Under the pieces are notes generated by a model that was not told where the DNA came from, searched no databases, and saw nothing but the letters and a program-made list of their open reading frames with translations. Made by a program: the position numbers and the translations under genes. Below, in pieces: positions 31,558-45,514 of a stretch of 64,000 bases of DNA. Location: positions 2,852,001 through 2,916,000 of the forward strand of contig CM035353.1 in the NCBI GenBank assembly GCA_020137815.1, written 5' to 3'. Source of the stretch: Hormiphora californensis (taxonomy: Eukaryota > Animalia > Ctenophora). The first letter of the stretch is position 1. Each line of letters begins with the position of its first letter.

Positions 31558-32256
31558 ATCTATTTAAGGGAGGGAAGGTAGGAAGCAATTGAAATTTTTC
31601 AAATGGCTATAGCCACACAACCACATGGAAGAATTGAGTAAACTAAAAAGTATCTGATGGATAATCGATGGCTCTAACCGACAGCCCCAAAAATGCTCTA
31701 GCCAGACCCTAACAACAGCCCTAACCCCTCTCAACTGCCAAAATTGTTACCACCCAGATTTTAACGCTGGCCGATTTTAACTTTGCCCGCCGACCGGACC
31801 CAGTTCAGTTCAATTAAAATACTATCAAATGCGCGGCGGTGTCACCTCGATATATATATTTGCGCGTGGTTGACAGCGCGCGGCTCAAAGTCGAACACCG
31901 TTGTACTTTTATTATATCACGGTCATGGCGCGTTACGTCTTTGTTGTGTCAACTAATTTATCTTTACCACACTGCTGCTGCAGCAGACGGTGGTATTGAT
32001 GTTGGGAATGGTCCATATTATGAGTCAGATAAACAGGGATTCAGTTACACTCGCCCCCGTTACAGAGAATAAAAACATCCGTGTTGAACAGTTTAAACGA
32101 ATAAATCAACTAAAATAACACTCGACATATCGAACATAATGTAAAATAGAATAAAAGAAGGGTGTGCGGTATCTATAATAGATCGTATAAAAAGAGATAA
32201 AAAGAGCAGCATTTTCATATATTTGTTACTCCCTCACACACACACACACACACATA

Positions 32257-32291
<35 letters not shown>

Positions 32292-33428
32292 CACACGATA
32301 TATTACTCACACAAGTCTTCATATCATTTGATATGACACACTTTGAAACATATATAAGAACACGACACACACACTCTGCTCATGTAATAACTTACTATCA
32401 GTCTAAAATTATCAACCCTCACTCTCTTACACACAGACATGCAACAGCTGATCTTGGTTACTGAGCATACTTTTTAAAATTAATAGTTGGTTATATTCTC
32501 CCGGCATGCACACACTTATTCTGTTCCAATACACCTATCTCTCTCTCAATCAACAAAAGAATTGTTCAAGTTTTTGGTTTTTAAGGGCTCGAAGAACACA
32601 CAAGAAAATCAACTAATTTAATAATGTGAACCGGGGGCACGTATCCTAATTAATTCGATTTGTGCGTGCTACATCTACACCAAGTTCCTGATGACCTTAA
32701 ATCTTGACTCTGAAAGCATTGGAAAGATAATTTTAAGACCTTTTCAATGCAACCAAGATCAAGCCAATGAAATTATCGAAATGGTTTGTCACACGTGTGT
32801 ACTGTGTACACGCAAATCGACTTTTTTTAAACGAAGCGCACCCCGGTTCAAATTATAAAAAATCGGACTTTACTATCAAATTATTTTCAAAAGCCCCGCC
32901 CCTCCCGTTAAAATTTACTCTCCACATCTGAGATAAGAAGATCTGAGATAAGAAGATATCTTTGTAGTTATAACTACAATTTATAATAGAGATGGATACA
33001 AAAATCAAGTCAAATTAATACAAAAGCAGCACACACACGTCATACGCACACACACACACACACACGCACACACACACACAGAAACAACATAGAGTGAACG
33101 TAAATTTAACCCAGTTTTCATTACCAAAAGCTGTTCAAAAATAACTCTTACATCCATTATAGCCAGTCAGAAGATTACATTATATATCATAGCATAATGC
33201 TTCAGGCTTCACATTGTTATATTATTTGATTGTTTAAATGAAATAAACACTGGTTAATTTTCCTGTTTTCAAAGTTATCACCCTTTGTCTCACTCACAAA
33301 GACATTATATAATCATTAGTTATTAGTAAATTAATAGCATACCGAGACCCACAAATCCCTGCTAATTAACTTCAGGAACTATTGCAATATATTGGATCAT
33401 ATTGGATCATGTACCAAATAGAACCCTG

Positions 33429-36400
33429 TCAATATTGGTCTTCTGTTTTTGCTACTTTCCTAGTCTCCCCTCCACCTCCCCCAGGGTCCTCCCACCCTCG
33501 GCGTTTGTCGCGGGCCCTCTTATTTTGGAACCATAACATTATCGTATCGTGGGTGAGGCCCGTTTCTTTTATTAGTTCGGGTAGACCGTTATCTGGTCGT
33601 GCGTAGCGTGAAACTGTGTTGTAATAGCGCTCCATTGCGGCAACCTGCGGGGAAATTAATTAATGAGGATATTTAGAATTTAGAAGGGTGTTGAGTGTAC
33701 AGTGTGTACACTGTACACTCTCTCATCAGAGTAGGTCCCATTACATCCCTGATTACACATCGCTAGTGAGTACAGCGCAGGAGGGAGAGAGAGAGGGGTG
33801 ACCTCGTACCCAAAGGGACGAGGGTAGTATCAAGAGCGAGGTAGGGGTGAAATTATGTAATAATTAATTTTATCTTAGTATGAACCCCTCAGAAAATATG
33901 AGACTCACATATATGTGTGAAGCTTGTTATGTTCTAACCCTTATTTATATGTTGGTAACGAAATTACCTCTCGTAAGACGTAAATAAGGCATAGCGGTAG
34001 TAAGGGATGTTTTAGGATGCCCGCAGTAATTTCTAAACCTCCTTTACACACACATGCGGTGAGGCATTAGTCGACGAGCAATGCTAAACTCACCTGATCA
34101 TCATTAAATCTGGTCCGGTGTCTTCTATAGGGTTTACTCCGTGCAGTATTAAATCCCATCATGTTGAGCAGTGTGTTACTGGTGTTGTTATTTGGTTGAT
34201 GGTGGGATGCAGTTGTTGTTGTTGGGGTTGAATTACCGTCGTACATTGGCTGTCTGAAAAGTTTTGGGGGGGTTTTGGTGATGATAGGTTGTTTAAAAAG
34301 ATAGCTTTTGGTTGAATTTGGTGATGGTAAGTTGTTTAAAAAGATATTGTGTTTTGGTTGAGTTTGATAGGCTATTTTGGATGATGCTGGGACTATTTAT
34401 ATTTGCTGACAGTATTGACATCCCACACTGACACACACACGCAACCAATCAAATGTAAATGTAATCCAATTAGTGTAACATTATACGTCTACACACACAC
34501 ATCATGTCCCCAACAGGCAATCACAAACTCTTTACCTCTATCTTACTTTCTATCACACACTCTCCCCAGTGTCTCAGTCTAGTGATGTCACTCTACTCTC
34601 AGCCTATTCAGATGACATATTATACACTCTTACACACTCATATATCTCCTTCCTACTAACATGTCTGCCCCCCTTCCGTGGTACTACTACAGCTCTCTTT
34701 TATAATTATAGAGGTTCTCTGAGTACACATAATATTATACCCCCTCCCTCACACTCTAGAGAGTTCGGTACAGGGTGTCACTAAATTATCCAGACACCCC
34801 GATATATAACATGTACACGGGGAGGGTGTCACTAGATTAGTCTAGACAGTGTTGTACCAGTCACTGCAATGACCGCACAGATATTATGAAGTGAGACAAA
34901 TGATCATTGCAGTAAAATTCCTAACTAAAAATAGCTGATATTATAATATATCCATACCGCCGAAACCTGATTTGCCTCGAGTTTTTGATATATCAGGCTT
35001 CCAATTAATCGAATGAATGTATCATGTGTAGTGTATATCAGAAAATGTGTACATTCTGATGTATATTTTACTTACACGTTATTAACTAGTCCGCCAGTTG
35101 AGGGTGTAGAGGAAAACATGAGATGTGGTAGATGCCCATCTGCAGGAATGGAAGGGGGATGTTAGATTAGAGGAAGGATGTTAATAGAGGGGGGATTTTA
35201 GATAAGAGGGGGATGTTAGATTAGAGGTGGGATGTTAGATTAAATATGGATGTTAGAGGGGGAATGTTAGATTAGAGGGGGATGTTAGAGGGGAGAGAGG
35301 AATTGTGTTTGGGTGTAGCTGAATGAAAACTGGCAAATTAAATAGGATCACACATGGCGCACACACGAACCAACATACATTAGATGGGAGACCTGTGTAA
35401 ATTTTAATAATATATCCGTAATAAATGATACACATGTAGCTCAGGTCATGTAGAATATACTCCAGGAACCGACCGACACAAGTAAACAACCAATCAGAAC
35501 TCGTTATTTAGGTCACGTGACAGGTTATCAGCCAATCAGGGACCAGTATTTCCTGATTCGGTCGGTTCCTGATATACTCACTATCATCTGTTATATTTTC
35601 TTTTGCCGTGCTGGGAGAGGTTGGGGTGTTGGATGATGTATCAAATCCTCCTTGTAGTGAAGTGGTCACCGCTGATCCTCCCCCTCCGGGGGTTTTACAA
35701 ATTTTACCCTGAAATGAATGATTTAATTTGGTTTGAAAAAGGGGGGGTCGGCCGATATTGGCCTTGAATATAAATAGTGGTACACACACTTACAATGTCA
35801 ATAATAAATTAAACAAACGGGGTCAATAAATTATATAAATAAAAGATTTAGTCTATTTGGTAGATACTGTCATCCCGACCGCTGCTGCCTTCTGCCCTCA
35901 GTCGTCCGCGGTGCCCCCTGATGGAAATGGTGACGGAGCGGACCATGGCAAATGACAACCTTAGCCTCAGGTACCGGATACACTGATCGTATGAATATCC
36001 TGTTTTAGTCGCCTTCTTCTCAGCCAATTGTTTCAAAGTCTTATTAAATTCCCTTCCAAGGCCCTTGGTAACGAAGTTACCCCTCCCTTGCCGGCGCGGC
36101 GTGCGAAGCACGCCAAACGAAGGCCGCGAAGCGGCCTGAGTAGGGGTAACAAACCCGCTTTGATTCACTTCAAAAATTAATAGCTCCTCAACCACTCAAT
36201 GAAAATGCACCAAATTTTGGTATTCCCCACCAAATTGTCTGAAAATTATAATTCTATACTCATACTTGAAAAATTATCTCCGGAACCTTGGTTTTGAGAT
36301 CAGTTTTAGGTGTTAATGATGAAAAAAATTTTTGAAAAAGTAGTTCAGGTATGCTTAACATCATATCAAAGATCGTGGCAAAGTTTGAAGTTTCTATCTT

Positions 36401-39400
36401 CAAAGGTCTGGCCATCAAAATTAAAAAGGTCTTGAAGTTGAACCATTTGTACAAAACATGTTGTAACTCAGCTTCTACTTTGCCAAATTAAACCTGGTTT
36501 GAAACACTGAATTGCTAATCTATCCCTCCGAATACGGACGAAGTTTGAAACCGCCATCTCTATTGACCGCTCTACAACACTTGTTTCTGTGAAAGATATC
36601 GGGAAAGCAACGAGATTTGGTCTCGGTGTGGCCCTGTGCGCGGCTCAAACCCCTAAGCTAGAACTATGTAGTGTAGACTACAACTTTTCAGTGCTCAGTA
36701 TGACGGTTTGAGCGCGTTATAAAAATAGGGTAAGCGGCTCTGATACCTCTAAACAGAGTGTGAGGTGTCTTCGATACCAACCAAGGCCCCCTGTAGTTGA
36801 CATGACCAGTGGTGTGAATGTTGACTTTTCCACCTCTAGGACACGGTGGAGGTAGGATGTTTTCTTCTCTCTCTCGTGTTTTTCATATGTTTTGGCGATG
36901 GTCTGGTTTGAGTTGGACGATATCCTTGGATTGAAAATCCTTACATCGAAATAGATATTGTCCATATCCGACCAAAAGCCGCGACTACTGATGTCAAGTC
37001 TGGCGCCATCGGCTGTTATAGTGCCAGCCGGAAGATTCACCCCTCTAACATTTAGGAGATGGGGTTCGATCTTAGTGTCGACACATACTTTATTCAGTTC
37101 GTGGCCAATGAAATCTCTCACGTTGTTGTGTCGGAAACATACAAAACCTCCGAGTTTACAGGATATGAGGTGATCGATGGTGTTTTCTTCCCCACATGCA
37201 CAATGCTGAGGTAAGGCCTGTCCGACGAGAGGCAGGTTATAACGGGCTGACATGGCGTCGTGCCACTCCTGTCTGTTGAGGGTGAAGTTCAAAGATTGGA
37301 GAGGGAGACATGTTAACCAGGATGAGGCCCCCTTTTCCATGAGTAGGTCCAGGTTTCTGATTTCAGCTGTAGTCATCATGTTTTTGATCTCGTCGATTTT
37401 CTTCTGATGAATATCGTTCTTGGTTCGGTGGATGAGGGTTTTCTTCTCTGCTCGTTCCTTTTGGTTGATTTTGAATGTTTCCTGTTGAGCTAGGACTGCA
37501 ACTGAGAGCTCTTCAGTAACAAACTTTGAGAAACTGTAGTCTGAGTCTGATGATATTTGAGGGTTGTCTACTCCTAGTCCTCCGAATCTTACAGGGAGGG
37601 CTGCAACCAATCTCAAGGTTTCATTTACAACTGGCTGACCGGTTATCGCCGGGAGGAGCTTCTGATGAATTTTCTCCTCAATAGTGCCTAGTTGGTCCGA
37701 AATCCCAGGAGTGGTTCTCATGAGATAGCTCCAACGTTTTGATAGTCCGATGTTGTATGCAGTGTATGCAAGCTGAGGTTCGTTCAGGGCAATATCACAA
37801 ATCTGATCAATTTCACTCTCCCATTTCGCAACTTCGTTCCTCACAAACTCTGCCTGACCTTCCTCCGTACCAATGTATGAACCCAGGTAACGCTGGCCCT
37901 GAGAAGTGATGTTTACATCAGGGAACATGGATCGAGCAGCTTCTTCAAATTCTGGTTTCACAATCAGCCAGGATTTCCCTGGATTTGGGAGATAGCCATA
38001 ACCAGGTCCATCTTGTTTAACTTTCTCCCACCAGGTTTTTACAGTACTGAGAGTGCCCCCGCCAAGGCCGTCGTCTGCGTAAAAGATTTGAGTCAATTTA
38101 GAGTCCTTATCCTCAACAGACCGTATAAGCGGCATTAGGCAGCAAGCGTACATATGCATAGCAGCAGTATCTCCCTGGGTTGTCCCTTCAGACGACTTCA
38201 AAACTTCATTGTTCTCGCCATCGCATAAAAATAAGTTCGCGGTTAGTCCATATGTATTTTGTAAATAAATCTTAAATTCAGGGCAAGTGTATTTAACGTT
38301 GTTTAAGGCAGCAATTCGATTTAGGGAGTTGAAAGCATTACTCGCATCAATTAACAATAAACATTCAGTACTCTCAAGATCAAACAAGTCTCTAGCAGCG
38401 TGAACAGCAGCTTCAACGCCGCCTTCCAACCCTGCACACAGCTGGACGGGTGCAGTACACTCTATCAGGTCTGGTTTGAGAGCTTGGGTAATGACTTTTC
38501 CAGCCAGTCTCCTCAGAACTTCCCCTATTCCAATGGGCCTGATACCTGTTGGCCGTTTGCTCAGTGGAACCAAGCGAGATGCAACATAGGCTGATAAAAG
38601 TTTTGGATCTGTAGGTTCTGTTGCTAGTTTGAAGGCAAAGGTGGCAATAGCCTGCGCTAGCTCGGAAGATGCAGGACTGAGTTTTTTAGATAGCAGCATA
38701 TGCTTCCATAGATCGGAGTCAGCCCCTGATGGTCCTCCTGATCCGGATAACATTTTCGCTGCCTTGGTTACTGCCCCAGCTGATATCTCAGAGAACATGC
38801 AATGTGTATTCGGGAGTGCTGGTCCTTGAAGAAGGGATGATGTCTCTGAACTAGGTGGGTGTTTCTTGATCAGTTCACCCACGACTTCCGGTGTGATAGG
38901 AACCGGTGCGACATCACTGTCCCGTATCGCTCTCAGTGCTTGACTCACTTTTCCACGTAGCATGAGTCTGAACAGACCGTATGGTTTGAAAAAGGGTAAA
39001 ATTAAATAATTATGGAACGTGGCACTACGAAGAATATTCAGTCTAACAAGAACAATGCAACTTTCTCTCTATGCAGCAGCTACCCATCGGCTGTTGAAAA
39101 GTATACATAACGCCAATCGGTGTTGGGGTAATACAATTTCCAAAAAAATAAAACAACAAAAGCTGAAATTTATAAAAAATAACGTACCTGTACAAAACTT
39201 TCCACGATAAGTTCGCTGATTTCACTTAGCTCGCTCATACTACTCATACTCGTCAGGTTTTGTATCAGGTTTTGGGTGGCCGCACACTCCCCTGCAGTAG
39301 CAGGGGATGCAGTAGTTGGGAAGGGAATGGCTTCTGAATTAGTGACCACCGGTTGCTCGGATACCTAGGGAAGAATAAGTAAGTTTCGAGAACATGAATA

Positions 39401-39518
39401 ATGCTGCCAAGGAACCGAAATAAAAGCCCACACCTCTAGACCTACTAGCAACCTCCCAACCGTCAACCGAACCTCTCAACCTATGGAGATATGAAGATAA
39501 AGACTAGAGAGAGAGAGA

Positions 39519-39596
<78 letters not shown>

Positions 39597-42500
39597 TAGT
39601 AGGTATCTAGTACTGAGATAGAGAATAAGCAGTCTCTCCTCTTCTCTAGATAATCTAGTTAAAAATTGCTTGCGAGTGAGAGAGAGAGAGGATTAAATTT
39701 CATCGCTCGTTGTTTTGTTTTATCTGTCGATGTCTGTATCCTGGGGTCATAGAATTCTCAGAGAATTTACCAAATCCTGCAAATCAACTATGGACTATTA
39801 TACTGCCCCTTTTTTTTAGAATGAAGTATTTGCATTTTTTAAGTTTCGAGAAAATCGACTTTAAAGTTTTTTAGAGGGTTTTTCGGAACTAAAATTGTCA
39901 TAGAAGCCCAAATAGTACGTCAAACGATTTATGACTTATACCACAAGAATCCTGAAGGAATTCTGCAGGACTTCCAATTATCAGCTATCATCAAATTTGT
40001 CTCAAATTGATGTCAGGCATCAAAATTGATGCCTTACTCTGTTGGTTACTTCACTTATATTACAGTTTTGAAAATACTTCCGTTGCTAGACTGATATCGA
40101 CTGAAGCATAATTTTTCGTGGTAGATACTTCAGTAATTACTTCACTCAAAAAAATACTTCATCATAATAGCAACAAAAGCACCTAAAAAGTACTTCACTT
40201 GCATATACTTCAGTAATTACTTCATTCCTAAAAATACTTCTTCAGAACTGTATTCAAAATGCCTAAAAGTAACTTAATCGAACAAAAGTGTACATGTGCT
40301 TCAAAATCGCAATCTTACTTCAATATTTTGGATAAAATCACAAACGAAGTTAATTTTCATTTAACACGCAGTGAAGTATAAAATGTGTTAGAATTCTTGC
40401 TAGTCTTGAAAGTAACTCCAGAGCAGCAGCTGCAGACAAACAGACGCACAGACAAACAGACGCACAAATTACAACTGCAGCAGCCTGCAGCAGCCTGCAG
40501 CAGCATAAAGAGATGGGCCCGCCCGCCCTTCGGGCGGAATGTTAAAATCATGGTGCTGATAAATTGAGCGAAAACAGAAAAACGCTATGGCAACCCTCAA
40601 ACTAAGACGAACCTGCAGATAAAATCTGGAAGATTAATCTGTTCCGGTACGAGTCATACTTTGAAATTGGTTGAGTTCGGCTTGTAATATCAGAGTGAAA
40701 CATGGAGATTGGAGATTCAAGAATTTTCTTCCGACCTCTACACAGGTCCGTGTTCATAAAATATGACAGACATACAAACAGATCACAGACATACAAACAG
40801 ATCACAGACAGACACACAGACAGACACACAGGCCAGTTCATTACATGTTTTAACAATCGATTGGCTGATAACCAGTCACGTGACCTGAATAATGAGCTCG
40901 GATTGGTTGTTTATTTGGTCCGGTCGGTTGCTGAGAGATAGAGAAAGGGTCTGACAGAGAGATAATATCGATGAGAGGGAACGGGAGTGAGATTGTCTCC
41001 ATTCGGGTTATTCACGAAGAGGAGTATTTGTCTAGGAGTGTGGGAATGTAAGGACAGAACAGTTAGATGACAATATATTTTGTTAATATTTGGATGATTT
41101 GTATCCGTATTCTTTAATTTTTTACAAACATTTCAAATTCCCGTGAGTGTGATAGTTCAGTGACATGGGAGACAGTGGGAGGCAAAGTGACAGGGGTTAC
41201 AATGGGAGGCAAAGTGACAGGGGTTACAATTGGAGATAAGGTGACAGGGGTGACAAAGGGATATAAGGTGACAGGCCCTCACTCACCCCCCTTCCCCAGG
41301 TCATCCTGCCTCCTAACTCACCCCCTTCCCCAGGTCATCCTGCCTCCTAACTCACCCCCCTTCCCCAGGTCATCCTGCCTCCTAACTCACCCCCCTTCCC
41401 TAGGTCATCCTGACCCCTAACTCACCCCCCTTCCCTAGGTCATCCTGCCTCCTAACTCACCCCCTTCCCCAGGTCATCCTGCCTCCTAACTCACCCCCTT
41501 CCCCAGGTTATCCTGACCCCTAACTCACCCCCCTTCCCCAGGTCATCCTGCCTCCTAACTCACCCCCTTCCCCAGGTCATCCTGCCTCCTAACTCACCCC
41601 CTTCCCCAGGTCATCCTGCCTCGTAACTCACCCCCCTTCCCCAGGTTATCCTGACCCCTAACTCACCCCCCTTCCCCAGGTCATCCTGCCTCCTAACTCA
41701 CCCCACTTCCTTAGGTTATCCTGACCCCTAACTCACCCCCTTCCCCAGGTCATCCTGCCTCCTAACTCACCCCCTTCCCTAGGTTATCCTGACCCCTAAC
41801 TCACCCCCTTCCCTAGGTCATCCTGCCTCCTAACTCACCTCCCTTCCCTAGGTTATCCTGCCTCCTAACTCACCCCCCTTCCCCAGGTCATCCTGCCTCC
41901 TAACTCACCCCCTTCCCTAGGTTATCCTGCCTCCTAACTCACCCCCTTCCCTAGGTTATCCTGACCCCTAACTCACCCCCTTCCCCAGGTCATCCTGCCT
42001 CCTAACTCACCCCCCTTCCCTAGGTTATCCTGACCCCTAACTCACCCCCTTCCCTAGGTTATCCTGCCTCCTAACTCACCCCCTTCCCCAGGTCATCCTG
42101 CCTCCTAACTCACCCCCTTCCCCAGGTCATCCTGCCTCCTAACTCACCCCCCTTCCCCAGGTCATCCTGCCTCCTAACTCACCCCCCTTCCCTAGGTCAT
42201 CCTGACCCCTAACTCACCCCCCTTCCCTAGGTCATCCTGCCTCCTAACTCACCCCCTTCCCCAGGTCATCCTGCCTCCTAACTCACCCCCTTCCCCAGGT
42301 TATCCTGACCCCTAACTCACCCCCCTTCCCCAGGTCATCCTGCCTCCTAACTCACCCCCTTCCCCAGGTCATCCTGCCTCCTAACTCACCCCCTTCCCCA
42401 GGTCATCCTGCCTCGTAACTCACCCCCCTTCCCCAGGTTATCCTGACCCCTAACTCACCCCCCTTCCCCAGGTCATCCTGCCTCCTAACTCACCCCACTT

Positions 42501-45467
42501 CCTTAGGTTATCCTGACCCCTAACTCACCCCCTTCCCCAGGTCATCCTGCCTCCTAACTCACCCCCTTCCCTAGGTTATCCTGACCCCTAACTCACCCCC
42601 TTCCCTAGGTCATCCTGCCTCCTAACTCACCTCCCTTCCCTAGGTTATCCTGCCTCCTAACTCACCCCCCTTCCCCAGGTCATCCTGCCTCCTAACTCAC
42701 CCCCTTCCCTAGGTTATCCTGCCTCCTAACTCACCCCCTTCCCTAGGTCATCCTGACCCCTAACTCACCCCCCCTTCCCTAGATGATCCTGCCTCCTAAC
42801 TCACCCCCCTTCCCTAGGTTATCCTGACCCCTAACTCACCCCCCTTCCCCAGGTCATCCTGCCTCCTAACTCACCTCCTTCCCTAGGTCACCCCCTTCCC
42901 CGGGTTATCCTGCCTCCTGATAGTACCTGATCACTGACTGATCACTGACGGGATGATTGATTGGATGACAAGGTGACTGGGTTACAGTGGGAGGCAAAGT
43001 GACAGGGGTTACAATTGGAGATAAGGTGACGGGGGTTACAGTGGGGGACAAGGTGACAGGGTTACAATGGGAGACAAGGTGCAAGTGTGACAAAGGGAGA
43101 TAAGGTGACAGGGGTGACAAAGGGAGACAGGGTGACAGGGGTTACAATGGGAGACAAGGTGCAAGTGTGCCAAAGGGAGATAAGGTGACAGGGGTGACAA
43201 AGGAAGACAGGGTGACAGGGATGACAAAGGGAGATAAGGTGACAGGGGTTACTGTGGGAGACAAGGTGACAGGGGTTACAGTTGGAGATAAGGTGACAGG
43301 GGTGACAAAGGGGGACAAGGTGACAGGGTTACAAAGGCTCCGAAGTTTCATCAAAAACAGGGTAACGTGCTTTTAAATCACGTCCTGATAACAATAATTA
43401 TTATCATAATAAAAACGGTTTATTGTAATTGCAATAGGAGAGACAAAACGAAACGGGTATACATTCAATGTACATGGTGGCTAACTAAGCAGCAGCTGCG
43501 TGTGGTGGGAGAAATGGCTTACCCTATATTTTTTACTATTTTACAACAAATGTCTGAGAGTGACAGAAACATTGTACCGCTGCAGCATGATACGATACAC
43601 ACGGATGTCCGTTAGCTACTATTTGAACTCCAGACAGGTTGAGTTTTCAAACCAGCTGCAGCTGGCCCCCTAGCCTTTCGGAATGATGTAAATTTGAAAC
43701 CAAACGCTAGGGCAATAACTTATAAAACCTTATGAGGTCAGTGTTTGACAACACTGTTTGTGGTGTCTCTCTCTCTTTGTCTCAGAGTGACACTCTTACA
43801 TAGAGATAATCCCAGAATCATGATCACCCCGGCCCCCAGACATCTCTTCTCCACTTGTTGAGTTACCTAACAACTGGTTGTGTTGTGTCGTTACGACAGT
43901 ACGGTACTGGAACATAATGCTACCTTTGAATGTGGGGTTCTAAGTTCGAAGAATGAGATTGGAGTGACGTAGTTGTGACGGTGAGGATGAGTAATTCGAG
44001 ATGTGAACGATAATTATAATTACTCAGAATAGAATAATTATTATAGGGATCGCCTCCGTTCGACCTTCATCATGATGATGCTGCAGCAAAGAACAAATCT
44101 TGGAAATTACTTCATTTGGCCGGACTTGTGTTATAAATGGCACATATTATAATAAAAAATGAAGTATTCTTAAGTTATGAAGTATTTTTTCTGGATGCGA
44201 CAAGAAGCATTTGAATTCCACAGATTTATGAAGCATTTTCAAATTGAAGTAAATGAAGTGAAGTATCTTCTGATTTGAAAATACTTCAAACAAAATCTGC
44301 AACTGATTTATGAAGCATTTTCAAATTGAAGTAAATGAAGTGAAGTATCTTCTGAGTGGACAATACTTCAAACAAAATCTGCAGCTGATTGAAGTATTTC
44401 AATAGAATTTTTTAAATGAAGCAAACAACTGAAGCAAATTTTTCTGCGGTTATTACTTCTATGGTAGAAAAGTTTAACGAAGCAGTATTTATTTCCGAAT
44501 TATATTAGCGAAGCAATTGCCATTTGCTTCACTTTTCTGCAGTTTTTCAAAAATAAAAGTACTTCACAAAAAACACTTCACTCTATTTTTTGAAGATTGA
44601 GACACGAGACTTAGCCCATCTTGTAGATCTTTTTCTCCTGATCAAGATGGTATAAATAACTCAAAATCGCCAAAATTGCAAATACTTCATTCTAAAAAAA
44701 AAGGGGCAGTATATTGGAGGAGTTCACATCAAGAAGCGACTACTCAACAATTAGATAAGAACCAGTCTGCTTGCTTGTCCAGTTGTTGTTGAGTCTGTAT
44801 CTCGTCTGAACCTCTATCCCTGTTAGCGTAGTGTGACATCTGTTCTGGTCTGTATCATCCCACTTGTAGGTTCATTATTCCTGTATCCTCTCCTTTTCAT
44901 TTATATGTATAGTATAGTCTGTTACAGCTGTAGTACCCCCCTTTTTTTCTTTTGTATCTTATTTTTCTATATTTTTACGTTCAGGTTTTGTGATTCCCCT
45001 CTTGTCCATTATTGGACGTATCTCTCCTGTCTCCTGTTTGCTACATTCATGTATTCGAGTGTCATCCCCTTTTCCTGCTTCCGGGCCTCTCATCCTGGCT
45101 TGCCCGCTGCCCTGGTCCTCTGCCTAGTTTCTCTTTCCTCCTCAGGCCCTATTTTGACTCTCCAGGCTGCCCATCTCTTCTCTGTATCTTCTTTGTCTCT
45201 CATTTCTTCCTCACTTTCCCTCACTATCCCTATTTTTGCCCCTGCCAGCGCATTTTTGCCCCTGCCAGAGCATTCTTCCTCTTTCATCAATCATCATCCC
45301 CCCCCTTTTTTCCCTCTCTCGCATGTCCCATTCTTATCTTCTTCAGCCCAATTTCTCCAATTAGGTGTGTTCTTTCTGTTCCACCCTGCCCCTGGTAGGA
45401 TTTCCCCCTTCTCCCTCTCTCGCTCTCTACCCTTATTCTCTCTTTCTTTTTCGCTCTTTCTCACTCG

Positions 45468-45514
<47 letters not shown>

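Larger units (their letters stand above)
39801..44711. mobile_element. 4.9-kb non-autonomous TIR element carrying minisatellites
   Basis: About 35-bp TIR TACTGCCCCTTTTTTTTAGAATGAAGTATTTGCA and its reverse complement at 44677-44711, flanked by TA. Many subterminal ATACTTCA/TGAAGTAT motifs are inverted between the two ends. Confidence 0.8.

Noticed and set aside
45365-45510. N-terminus of the 1073-aa ORF
   Set aside because: This is read-through of the CT-rich flank. LINE homology starts at ~45511.
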